A DNA stretch of 63,485 nucleotides, filler included, from Bigelowiella natans CCMP2755 (taxonomy: Eukaryota > Protista > Cercozoa), in NCBI GenBank assembly GCA_000320545.1. It is 4 parts of 4 records of this genome, joined end to end, with 100 filler letters (N's around TTAATTAATTAA, not from the genome) between each part and the next. Parts side by side here need not be neighbours in the genome. Positions count along the whole stretch, not along the records: positions 39,504 to 56,598 come from ADNK01002240.1; positions 56,699 to 63,485 come from ADNK01003612.1; 2 more parts are not named here. One strand, written 5' to 3'. Each line of letters begins with the position of its first letter. Position 1 is the first letter of the stretch. The position numbers were made by a program, and so were the translations under genes. Positions 51,031 through 63,485 of the stretch are shown piece by piece. The notes under the pieces are model-generated. The model had not been told where the DNA came from and ran no database searches. It saw nothing but the letters and a program-made list of their open reading frames with translations.

Positions 51031-52193
51031 TTTTAGTTACGACGTCCCCAAGCACGAATCAGCCACATGATGATGCAAACATGTTTTAGAGCCACAGAGA
51101 CGTAGAAAACATCGAGTGTCGTTGAATGAGTTGTTCGGATTTCATGAAGCTACTAGTGAGCTGACACAGGGGAACATCAGGATGTTTCGATGTTCTGGTC
51201 CCGACCACCCGAGCGACAAAAAAACATGTTGATGATGCATGTTTGTGGAGAATGCAACTTTGACACGATTCAATCATGTCTCATTAAGTTGTGTTGACAT
51301 GCATCGGGTAGCTAATGACTTGTTTGCATGAAAAAAACAGCGATTGGTAGCAAGTGCGTGCGAATGCGGACAGCTGCTGACATTGCATTGTGGCTCCAAA
51401 ACATGATTGCATCATCATGTGGCTGGATTTGGGGTCGTGTGGGGTGAATTGTGATGCAATTGTTTGTGCTCAAATGAAGATGTGTGACCATGGACATGCG
51501 CATGTGTGACATGTGTGACACATGTCACATGCACTGTGTCCATTGTTGTGTGTTTGTGTGTGTGCGTGTGCAGCGTTTTCTTTTTTCGTGTCACAAGCGC
51601 CTGGGCTAGCTAGCTCTAGAGCTGTGGTGGGGCGGGCGGGCACGTCGCACCACAACTGGAACTGGGAATTTGGTCCGCGCTTGACGCAATCAACTTTTGC
51701 GTCCGCGCAGCACAGTCATGTGCAGGCTAGACTGACCACAACTAGACAAGACTAGTTGACCGTGCCATTCGTGATGTGACAAACTTCTCCAACGTTTTGA
51801 AACATTGCAATGTGTTCAGACTAGTTTGCTGTCTAGCTCCAGAGCTGAGGAACGCTAGCAAATGTGATCGACTGGCACATGCTAGCATGCTGACGACATC
51901 CAAGTGTGGTCAACGCAGATCGCAGATCGCACGCACGCACCCAGTGCACATTTCGCCACTGCAAAAGTGCAGAGCACATGTGTTTTGGAACATCAGAACA
52001 GGCTCCCTGTCCATGGTTGATGAGGTCAATGCTGAAGAGCTAGAGAGCCTTTTCTAGCTTTTGGTCACTCATACAACAATTTCAGAATTGCATGATAAGC
52101 TATTCTTGAAATGCAACAGGTCACTTGTTTACACATGTGCATGAAACTGCAGGCGTTCTTGCGCAGAACTACCTAGCATTTCAGGGCATTTTA

Positions 52194-52723
52194 TTAGCAT
52201 TGATCATTGTTTGTATTTTTCAGAAATGGTTCTTCGTCTTCCTTCCCCTCTTCCTCGTCATCTTTCCAGTCTAAGAACCACTCTGAATGTTTTTCTTTAG
52301 CACCGCTACCGTCGCTTTGCTTCTGCATCACCGCTTGAATGTACCTAATACAACATCGTGTCAACCATTTTACACTCAAATGGTTGTTTCTCACCTCCAC
52401 ACATCATCTCGGCCTATTTTCGATTTGGAGCTTGTCAAGATCACTGCAACTTCGCCAGGACCCCATCCGCAACGTCTGATTATAAATGCAATAGGAAGAA
52501 TATTGATTCATACTGCAATAAAATCCCATGAATACGATTGAGCTTGATTATAAATAAGGAATGCAGTCGGCCCACATGCACTCTACGGTATCTCACTTGA
52601 GAGCATCAATCGTTCGATTCTTCAATGAAGCCTTGGCCTGTCAAAAGAGGTTAAACAAATTGAAAAAGAAGAAACTGGAGGAATCTTATGGATTCGGATG
52701 TAAGAAAATCAGAGAGGGGAGGG

Positions 52724-52780
<57 letters not shown>

Positions 52781-53787
52781 TGTGCATTTATTTATGTGTG
52801 CGCACATTTATGGCGTTCCCAAACATATTTCTCCTCTTGTGAAAAAGTACTTAAAGTTGGATCTACATTCAGTACATAGCTTCAGAAATGAACCTTTCCG
52901 TGACGTACACGAGCATTGTCCATGTCCGCTTTGGTGAGTATCTTTAATTAAAAATATTCAGGCATTCCTTAACATGCGATCCTAAGTAAACCTTGTTCTG
53001 GAGCTTCACGCATTATTGGGGGAAAAAGAAAAAAAGAAAAACACGTCTAACCACAACGTAGCTCAGGTCTTTTGTATTCTTGTTGCTTCGGACCGCCCTC
53101 ATCAACTAAGTATGTTTTTACATCCTAACTTTCACGCTGTTCTATCAAACCTTATTCAGGCTCTCAGCGCAGTCTACCCGAGATTTAGCAATATTGATAG
53201 CATCATGACATGCATGTGTGCATAGAGTTGTGTGGAACTCAAGGACAGACAAATCCAGACACGGGAAACTACGCATCGGCATGGAAAGATGGATGGAAAG
53301 ACGGATGCCGAGAAATGTGTAAGGGGAATGTTGTTCAAGTCTTTTCTCAGAAAATTCAATAGTGGGAACTTCATTCTATTCGTTTTTGCAGACCGTTTCA
53401 TCTTCCCCCACAGGGCCATGGCGGCTATCGATCAGATGAAAGACAACCTACACATTTACCAAGGAATCGTAAGTTCGGACTTGCGGGGTCGTTGTCCAGA
53501 GAGACAGCGACAGCTACTTACCCTCTGAGAGGCGGACAATAATTTATTATCTAAAAGAATTTATCTGATATGTTCTCAAATATGTTATGTACGGCTCGCC
53601 ATTGTTCTACACGACTAAAAGGGCTTTTGCGATGCTTCCTCCTTTAAACGGGTGTGCGAATAAAAAATCAAGAAGTGTTTCGTTCAGAGATACACCTGCA
53701 GGGTGTCTCTTTTCTGAATGTAGGAATCGAGGAGATTGCGCCATTGTTCCTTAATCTGTAAACATATATAAACACATATTTTGCGTG

Positions 53788-53825
<38 letters not shown>

Positions 53826-54482
53826 ATATATCACTGCATAGCCAATCAGTACCCATGATTGAGATGAATGAAATTCGCACTCCCCACCTCTATTTTCTTA
53901 CGTTCTTGAATGTACATACCTCAGCCTTTGCTTCAGCGTATCCGTACCCAGGCACATCGACTAACAGCAGAAAACAGTACTCAGCATATCAGACAATACA
54001 CACACACACACACACACACACACACCAATATTATGTATGTATGTATGTATGTATATATATATATGGGGTTAGAGCTTGAGGGGCCGATGCAGATGCTATT
54101 CCATACCGATGTAGAAGCTGGGCAGCAGTGAAGTCTCTCGGTTCACAATGTAGAAATTGAACGTGCGAGTTCGGCCAGGCATTGACGACCTGAGCACGTA
54201 CGAGTCGTGTATTGGTATTTTCCGCAAATGGCGCGCAGCTAGCACACACGCGACCGCACAAGAACCCCATGCCTTTGTTGTACGCGCATATTGCAGGCCC
54301 AGCGCAGGTGAACGCTCGCTGACGTACATCGGTGCCAAAGTGCGTCGGTTGACCAGCATATTCACTAAGGAGCTCTTGCCCACGTTTGATCTGTTCGGAA
54401 GAGGTAGTATTAGTACACAGGTGTGAGACGGGGAGACGCATGGCCAGAATGCTGACAGCATCACACTACGGCGCTCAAGTCG

Positions 54483-54524
<42 letters not shown>

Positions 54525-55035
54525 TTAGCACGGCCAACACGCACCTTCCAATAAAGACGATCTCAGGGACTGTTGTTTTGGGGAGCGTGCCCATCGTCGT
54601 TGCCTTTTACGCGCAGCAGATGGCGAAGAAGAAGAATACAAGTGAAACGCGGTGCGAGTGGTCGCCAACCATCAGACTCGGGGACGCATACGCATGATGC
54701 AAGATGCAAACAACGCGCGCAGCACCACCGACACACGCTGCGTGCTATATGAGGATATACCTTTCGGATGAGCTTCACCGATCGGACGGCGGAGTTTGCC
54801 AGAAACTCGATAGTTTCGTGGTTGGCCTCCAACCTAAAGGCCGCATCATTTGCATCGTCATCATCAAAGCGTCGGCATAGTGGATCATCAAGGCCACAAG
54901 GGTTTTAATAAACCATACCAAAGGCTCGTCGTTCTGCACAGAGGAAACCTCCATACGGCATGAAATGCATCGACATCTCGCATCAATTCAATGGATAGCT
55001 ACAAATGGGCAAGCGTGGCTATGTTTTGAAACATG

Positions 55036-55073
<38 letters not shown>

Positions 55074-55186
55074 GTTATATGTGTGTGTGCGTGTGTGTGT
55101 TGTATCTGATAGACATGCATGCACACACCCCATTCGACGAATTGCATCAATCACAGCGAAGACGCCTTCGAGGTCCTGGGCCTTTT

Positions 55187-55224
<38 letters not shown>

Positions 55225-55636
55225 TAGACACACAGGTATATAGAATATCTAAATCCGAAGTATCTCCTACGCATGCACAGCAAACTGATATTTGCGGGTA
55301 TTCAAACCCTGGTGTGAGATGTGCCTATCCTCTCGCCTCACCAACTACATAAGCGGGGAGGCCAGCTAACCCGTTATTACCAAGCCCACCCCATGCGTGT
55401 AAATAGTGGCAAAAACAGATGCGAAGTGTAGGAGGCAGCCGTTGTATTCTTAGCGAAATAGGTGATGATGCCAACCACAAACAGCGCCGCCGTCATCATT
55501 ATCATCATCATCATCATCAACATCATCGTCATCATCATCGTCATCGTCATCATCGCTGCTAGTCGTCTTGGGAAAACAACAACCTTGCCAAACCAACGAA
55601 TCATCTGGTTGAACTGCGACAGAGTCGGGTCTCCTG
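52194..55636 (-). CDS. engB: EngB/YihA(YsxC)-family GTPase with N-terminal PPR motif(s); 5' end unresolved
   Basis: PEIVFIG|RSNVGKSSLVNML (G1), PGRTRTFNFY (G2), VDVPGYGYA (G3), FHLIDSRHG, LTKAD (G4), VILTSSKSKIGRDDVW (G5); upstream exons give FNQMIRWFGK|AQDLEGVFAVIDAIRRMG|LEANHET. Confidence 0.85.
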
Positions 55637-56064
55637 TGCACGGCAGATGATGATGATGATGATGATGATGGTGTAGAAGAAAATAGGCGTGTGTGTGTGT
55701 GTGTGTGTGTGTATGTCATGAGTGCGTATATGTGTATGCAATGCGTGCGAGCGAGAGTAGTCTAGCACAGTAGCCAAGCCTTTTTCATGTACATCCAGAA
55801 TGAATGGAAGATAATACATGAAATAATGAAGAAGAGGCATGCAGCAGTACCTGGGCGACGATCTAAAGGCCGCATCATTTGCATCGTCATCATCAAAGCG
55901 TCGGCATAGTGGATCATCAAGGCCACAAGGGTTTTAATAAACCATACCAAAGGCTCGTCGTTCTGCACAGAGGAAACCTCCATACGGCATGAAATGCATC
56001 GACATCTCGCATCAATTCAATGGATAGCTACAAATGGGCAAGCGTGGCTATGTTTTGAAACATG

Positions 56065-56102
<38 letters not shown>

Positions 56103-56215
56103 GTTATATGTGTGTGTGCGTGTGTGTGTTGTATCTGATAGACATGCATGCACACACCCCATTCGACGAATTGCATCAATCACAGCGAAGACGCCTTCGA
56201 GGTCCTGGGCCTTTT

Positions 56216-56253
<38 letters not shown>

Positions 56254-56598
56254 TAGACACACAGGTATATAGAATATCTAAATCCGAAGTATCTCCTACG
56301 CATGCACAGCAAACTGATATTTGCGGGTATTCAAACCCTGGTGTGAGATGTGCCTATCCTCTCGCCTCACCAACTACATAAGCGGGGGAGGCCAGCTAAC
56401 GCGTTATTACCAAGCCCACCCCATGCGTGTAAATAGTGTCAAAAACAGATGCGAAGTGTAGGAGGCAGCCGTTGTATTCTTAGCGAAATAGGTGATGATG
56501 CCAACCACAAACAGCGGCGCCGTCATCATTATCATCATCATCATCATCAACATCATCGTCATCATCATCGTCATCGTCATCATCGCTGCAAGTCGTCT
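54834..56598. repeat. ~1029-bp-period near-identical tandem duplication running into the gap
   Basis: 54834-55568 is repeated at 55863-56598 with only a handful of differences. Confidence 0.95.
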
Positions 56599-56698
56599 NN
56601 NNNNNNNNNNNNNNNNNNNNNNNNNNNNNNNNNNNNNNNNNNTTAATTAATTAANNNNNNNNNNNNNNNNNNNNNNNNNNNNNNNNNNNNNNNNNNNN
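56599..56698. other. Scaffold gap with artificial spacer
   Basis: N block with TTAATTAATTAA. Confidence 0.98.
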
Positions 56699-56854
56699 GA
56701 TGCGTGGATTTAGAGTTTGTAGCGAATAGATGGGGTTGCTGACATTTATTTTGCCGTCGTCAACTCTTCTTGTTGGGGGGGGGGGGAGAGAGGGGAGAGA
56801 GGGAGAGAAATCCATTCTCCAATTAAAGTAGATGAAAGATATATGTGTGTATAC

Positions 56855-56890
<36 letters not shown>

Positions 56891-56949
56891 CACACACTTG
56901 AGATGGAGGGGCATTGCGCTGCTGATCTACGAGTAGCTTCGCCTAAGTG

Positions 56950-56983
<34 letters not shown>

Positions 56984-57804
56984 ACAACATAGTGATAAGA
57001 AGAGCATCAAGACCATCAACTATCATACCAAAAGTACCAATGCTTGTAATTAAGATATCGAAATTGCGAGTCGTTGGGGTTGCTGTGTTTGCTGTTTGCC
57101 AGAGTACTCGTAGACCTTGATGATTCTCGTACTAATATTAATTATAGCCTTCTCCCTTCCCCTCCCCTCCCAACAAATCTTACACTGCTGATATCTCTAT
57201 CTATCCTCCTACCAGTTTATCGTATAGCACTACTAGTACCTTCTCAAGGCGATCATGCAAGTCAAAGAGGGTCTTTACGGCTTCCGGGGAAGGGCGTTTT
57301 GGACGCTTAAAGGCTATCATCGAATCCTGATTATAATGGTAGTAAGCAGGGGCATTAGTAGTTGTTGTTTTGCCATCACAAGGATGGTGATGATGGTGAT
57401 GGTGGTGATGATGATGATAGTGTGTACGATTGATTTACTAATCGAATACATGCGAAATGACCAAGTCGATGGCTATCCCCACAACACCAAAATTGACTTA
57501 TATTACTACAACCCCAAGGCTATATAACAATGTAGCTTTTTCTAACGATGTTTAGCCCTTCTCCAGTAGTAGTAGCAGCAGCAGCAGCAGCAGCAGCTTT
57601 AGTAGTGTGTAATAGTAACTATAAGAGCAAGAGTAGTAATATAATAGCACCGTGCTGAGTTTGTTGTCCTTTTCCGGAGGATCGACTCGCTCAAAGTTCA
57701 GGTTACTTTTGCACTCTTCCATGCTTTCGCATATTTTTTCCTACAACAACAACAACAACAAAACAAAAGATGAGAAGTGATTCAAAGGATTTAAAACAAC
57801 AAAT

Positions 57805-57835
<31 letters not shown>

Positions 57836-58166
57836 TAATAAGAGGCAGCAAGAAATAACGTGGAAATGCCCTATCTCTCTCCCTCATCTCCTTTCTAAAG
57901 CGACAGCAGCAGCAGCAGCAGCAAAACCGGCATGATTGATTTTGTTACTTTCCAAGCTTTCTTTTCAGAGGGATCTTTGAACACCATGGTGAAGGTTTTG
58001 GCCTTGGTGATGATCTCAAACTGGTAACGATAACGAGAGTTCGGGTTGTCCTCCTTCTCCCGCAGGTCAAAGTCGCTTTTGATGTCACTCTGCCAATGCA
58101 CCTGGCGTGTTAAGTTAGATCATCGTCGATTCATATATAGGAATTCAGTGTTTAAATGAACACCTT

Positions 58167-58217
<51 letters not shown>

Positions 58218-58909
58218 AACCCCCTTCTTCTCATCTTTCTTACTTTGCATTATATGTTTTTAATGTCTACGTGTGGCTGATTCAATGGTGCTCGCCCTTC
58301 CTCTCCCCCCTCCCCTTTCCTCCAAGACCATCACCATCATCAAAAACATGCTACTACTAGAACAACTACCTTGTACTTCCCTGACAGTTTTTGGGTATCT
58401 GCATAAAGGAATAAGTTGTTAAACAGGACGAAATGGTACTTTTGCCGGTATCTATTGCCATCAGACAGCTTTGTTGCCTGCCCTTCCTGAGGATTAGGAT
58501 GAGATGTGGGGGGGGGGGTAGCGAAGGAGGAGGAGTAATGTTTATGTTGCTCAATGAACATGATTCGTAATTTTATACAGCAATTGGGCCGAAGAAACGA
58601 GGCACTTAACCCCCCCTCCCTTCCCTGCACCTCTTTCTTCTCCCATCATTCTTCTTTCCTTTTACCTTTTTGAAAATCCTGCTAGGAGATACGAAATGGG
58701 TTCCAGCGATGAACTTCTCCTGAATTGCCCTGACCTTTCTTGCCCCATCCATGCGCTTTACCTGCAGAACGTAAGCACGGCTATTAAAGACATCTACAGG
58801 ATGGCAATACGCTCATATTCATCGTTTCGAGGTACGATAGCTATACAGCCTGCTCATACGCGCACAAATCCGCATAAGCTGCCGACGGATAAAGTCCAAT
58901 ACATATGCA

Positions 58910-58947
<38 letters not shown>

Positions 58948-60582
58948 TAATTGTTCTTTTTCTTCTTCTTCTTCTCTCACACCGCTTCATTGATGTGGTT
59001 AGCACTGTCTTTCACAAGTTCCAACGCCTCGCACAAAACGGGGTACTCAGGATGTGTTTCTTCCGTCCTATTCACCAGCTCCTATCACCATATCAGGATC
59101 GTTCATACACAACAATAACAGCAAATAACAACACGAAAGAGAGATGACGACATAGAGACTATTTCCTTGTTTGTTGGCCACGTACGTAGTCGGGGAAACA
59201 ACAACAACAACAACAACAACAACCTGGAGGAGAAGGCGATAACGTGGCACACGTTGAATAGGTAATATCAACAGCCCAGCTAGTAGCACTAAGTGTACGA
59301 AGAATAATAAGAAGAAGAAGAAAAGTACTCTGTGACATAAAAAACAACGATCAGCGTGCCGATATCGCTATTGTTTGATAGGAGATGAGACCCCTCTTCT
59401 TGCAACTGTTTGCCTCGAAAGAGTCGCTCCTATCCCCATTCCTCTACACGCATACACACTGCTTCAGTGCTGCTGCTACCTGTGCGCTCCTTCTGCTCCT
59501 TGAAGCCCTTAAATGCACTGTACTTTCTTCCACCAGTCTTCTGAATCTTCTCCAATAATGCCGTCGCGCGGTCATGATTCCCCACCTAGGCAGCGTATTC
59601 GAGGAGGGGGGGTGGGGGGGGGGGGGGGGAGAAGCACAAAGGAAAAGATGAAGGACCCGTGGAGGGAAGGAGAGAGGCGACGAACAACGCAAAAAAAGCG
59701 TCTAGACTACTACAGAGACGAAGGAAGTGGAGGGGGAGATGGATATGAAAATAGTAGAGAAGAAGAAGAGGAAGAAGATGAAGGAAACTACTTACATAAT
59801 CGGTGTACATCTTGAAATACGGCGCAAAATCCTTGAAAATAGCCCCTACCCCCTTTCCTTCAGCTGTTTAATTAAACAACAGCAGCAGCATCGTTTGTGT
59901 CATAAATACGGAATAGTTATGAATCATGCAAGTAGAGATATCATCATCATCATCATCATCATCATTATTATCATCATGGCTATTATCCGCATCATGATCC
60001 AAGGTCGATGAAACACGCTTAGAAATAACAATGAGTCGTAACAACATTGAAAAGTCAAAGAAGACCCTTAAAATATCAATAAAATACGAAACCGAGGCAA
60101 AGTGCGTGCCATGGGGCAATCAAACCTGCTTCTTCCTTTTCCTTTTTCAGATTCCCTAGGAAGTTCTTGTTGATGCCAAAGATCTGCTCAATGCTACCGA
60201 ACAGCGTTCTCATTTCCTTAAGCTCCAAGGGCGGTGCTTTCTTCTTCTCCTTAGCTTCAGCGCATAACCCCCTCAACGGTTTGACATAAACCTCTATCAG
60301 GCTATTCAGCTGGTCTACGTATCTAATGGTGTATTATCATTATAGATAGCGTGTTATTGATATCGATGCAGGAGAGTTCAGAAGGAACGAAAATCGTTTC
60401 ACTAAAAGCCCCTCCCATTTCTCTATGTGAGGGACGCATGTACGCGAGTCACTGTCCTGTCACGACTGGTTAGATGCTTAGCTCAATCACTATTATATTT
60501 TACGTTTGCTCCGTGCTGATGATTTCCTCTCGCACCTTCATAGCGATACGTAGCTGCAACAAGTCGAAGGAGTATACGCACG

Positions 60583-60631
<49 letters not shown>

Positions 60632-60854
60632 CACACACAACACAGGAACACAGAAACACAAAAACACACGACTTGAGGAACCGAGCAAAATCGATGGATG
60701 CACACATATCTATGTAACAATGATATCCATAAATCTCTGATTCAAGGAAGGCTGCGGGAGGTTGGATACCGAATAAAAGAGTTTTAGTGCATCATTTCAG
60801 TAGGTCTTTTGTTACCTGCTTGGCCCTTTTTTCCGCAGCAGCATCGGTGCTCAT
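56699..60854 (-). CDS. RhoGEF (DH-PH, FGD-like) protein; 3' end probably in gap
   Basis: MSTDAAAEKRAKQ|LRIAMKVREEIISTEQT|YVDQLNSLIEVYVKPL...LFGSIEQI...FAPYFKMYTD...LLILPIQRVPRYRLLLQ|ELV...THPEY...ANHINEA (DH); KYHFVLFNNLFLYA...FEIITKAKTFTMVFKDPSEKKAW (PH). Confidence 0.92.
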
Positions 60855-61983
60855 GTTTGCCCAGTTTCTTCTTTTCTTCACGCCGTGTTTCAACCAGATC
60901 AACGGATTCGACCGACCACTCTGTTATAGGGAAAGATGGATTAGGTATTGTAAAACTACGTAAAGATATTGCTAAGAGATTTTAATAATAACAATAGTAT
61001 GCCGAACATTCTTCTCTATGCCACTTAAAACATAATAGCCTGCCTTCCCTCACCAAACAAGTATCTCAACACTGGTCCATAACCATTATCTCGCATAGCT
61101 TTTGTGAATATATAGAAGATCACATAAACCTTGGAGGAATAATGAGTTCCTCCAATAATATGTCACATCACTTGACCGATGTGACATAATAAGGGTAATT
61201 TGAAAGATCATCGACAAGAACACCCCACCCAAGGAAATGCACTCGTCTAAGCTTTCCCAGAGCACCCAATCATTCTCATTGCGCATTTATAAAGAAAGAT
61301 AAAGGTCAGTTGTTTTAGCAAAGGGACCAGTACCTGAAAAGGGAATTAACCGGAATCAACCGAGCAGGGGGAGGAGGTTCCTTTTACGTGTAAATATATT
61401 CAGACTTTGTGTTAAAGAAATATTACGGATATTAGTTTAGAATTAAACCCTATTTATCTAAAAAGTAATAAAATTATTGAAAAGTGTGAAGAAATCCAAG
61501 AGATCGCCCAATCAAGATAAGATATCTCTCATATCCCGAGTGATTTCAGATAATTGGGCCAGGACGCTTTTATCGGAAACAGCACCGATAATGATTATTT
61601 ATGAGTCGCATATATATTTCCACTTGGTTTTACGTCAATTAGGCTAATCAGATTCGGACATCAGAGAAGATAAATCTAACAATTCGATAATTTGACTTGA
61701 AGTGTGACCAAAACGGTCAAAATGACAGCAAAACGGAGGGGATTTTTGACATTTTGATTCCCAAATTTGTTTGAGCAGCACAACTCGGATGAGCACCCAG
61801 CAAAAAATGATCGGAATAATTCATTAATTAATGTTATAGCGACAATAGAAAATACTTGTCGTTGGTATAAATTGATGGTCATTTGTGTGAAAAGGGGTTA
61901 TGAGTACGATTTGTCTGTCTTAAACCGACAAGCACCCGGAAAGAATAGGCTCCTGACGGAATCAGGGGAGGGGGCAAGTTACG

Positions 61984-62715
61984 ATGGCAGCCAAGTCTAT
62001 CACCGCCGCTGACTTGGTCCCGCAGTTGAGGAACATCGCGAAGGAGGTTTGACTAGATAATGACTTTGTGCACATGTTCCTGGCCGCGTGTTTTCTTTCT
62101 TTGTTTTTCCCTATCTTGCCCCCCAATCCACACGTATTGACCGTTATTTTCCCTTTAGAACATACGAAAGCGGAGGGTTTTGGAAGAGAGGCAGATCGAT
62201 CTGACGGTATTTGTACCTAGTCTTCTTTCCTCTATGTTTAGTTGCATTACCTCCATGACTCCTCTGTGGCTGCTGCTGCTGCTGCTGCTCCGTATGAATT
62301 CATCACATCAGATCGAGAAAGAGCTTGGAAAACTACTCGAGAAGAAAATTGACGAATGCGCGTCAGATATACATCATCAGACAAAGGTTCTCCCTAAGCC
62401 CTTTATCAGCTTTCTTTATACTTTAAATACTTGTTAATGCACATGGCTGCCTTAAGCCGGTAATTAGACATCAATCTCCTTGTTTTTGCAGCTAGCTGTC
62501 TTCATGTAATATTTTGATGAAGTATCTGCTCTGTATTCATAATCCGCAAGATTGTCAACTCCCTCGGCCAAAAGTTTGAATCAATGCAGATTGAACTAGA
62601 GCGTCTTGCGAGATTGGTACTTCTCCAAAGACCACGACAACAACGACGATGATGATGATGATGATGATGATGACGATAAGACTTATAGTTTAATCCTCTT
62701 TAGACAACTATCCTA
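61984..62715 (+). CDS. Small (~90-aa) coiled-coil protein, 4-5 exons
   Basis: Phase-0 exons MAAKSITAADLVPQLRNIAKE|NIRKRRVLEERQIDLT|IEKELGKLLEKKIDECASDIHHQTK|IVNSLGQKFESMQIELERLARL; ends at either 62652 or ~62715. Confidence 0.65.
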
Positions 62716-63234
62716 TAAACACATCGTTGGGTAGACATTTTGTCCTCAAACTAGAACTTGACACGATTAGCGCACCATGCTTTCAGCACTATGACAAATA
62801 GCGAGATGTCGCTTGTCGCATTTATCGTCATCTAATATGCATCGATAACATGAAAAAGGCAGAGGATGGAGAGCAGGCATTTCATATACTCACACCTGAG
62901 ATTTCCCAATTACAACGCCATGTGAGAGAGATATCCGAAAGGATGAAGATGAAGCATCGTGAGGCATCATCGTCACACGAACAGCAAAAGGAGCTAGCAA
63001 GTGGATACGAGTGGTAATTTCGAAAGAAGTGTACACCGCTATATATATATAAAATTGTCACTTTATCAAGCGACTTTGAGAGGAAAAGTGGTGTTTTCAT
63101 CCTTACATTGAGTAAACAAGTCCTTTCTTGCTAATATATTTTCAGTGACCATAGAGAATCGCAAGAGGTCTTTAACAATCACGAGAGCAAGACAATATCG
63201 TCAGATCTGCGACGAAGACAAACGATGACGATAG

Positions 63235-63330
<96 letters not shown>

Positions 63331-63485
63331 GGAGAGAGAGTGAGAGAGAAAGATAGCATCATAGGAGGGAAATCATAAATAAAACACAAAGAGAAAGTAC
63401 AAAACGCTGTGGCGAGGAAAGGAAAAGGGGGGATGTCCATCGAAGAAGGATATAGAGAGACATATATAATCGCTAGGTAGATATG

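Noticed and set aside
51351-52070. CpG-methylation decay or classical RIP as the cause of the TG/CA excess
   Set aside because: CG remains common (gtccgcgc, cgcagatcgcacgcacgc) and TA is lost, the opposite of what either process predicts.
62880-63485. Possible 3' exons of a minus-strand gene at the window end
   Set aside because: Could not build a consistent phase or recognise a domain.

Overview
Eukaryotic nuclear DNA from an intron-rich protist-like genome. Introns are short GT-AG types packed with microsatellites, and three 100-bp scaffold gaps carry an artificial TTAATTAATTAA spacer. Manual splicing recovers about 12 genes: a GH168/GHL15-like glycoside hydrolase (5' exons missing), a small protein with an ~84-aa uncharged hairpin, the N-terminal half of a PARP1-like gene, an alpha/beta hydrolase, a TPR protein, an NHL-repeat protein, a DnaJ protein, an F-box/LRR protein, a PPR-EngB GTPase, a DH-PH RhoGEF and a small coiled-coil protein. 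The 39.5-52.2 kb zone is transposon-derived. It holds a young Ty3/Gypsy LTR retrotransposon whose Pol ends in a degenerate DIRS/Dam-like adenine-methyltransferase-like domain, a frameshifted MULE/FAR1-type transposase and older relics. The most striking signal is in the intergenic TE relics: TpA has been almost erased except inside CTAG, and paralogous repeat copies differ by TA->TG or TA->CA. This suggests a strand-symmetric, context-specific A-to-G hypermutation process acting on repeats, a candidate RIP-like genome-defence system of opposite polarity. All gene models and counts are manual and approximate; no database searches were run.
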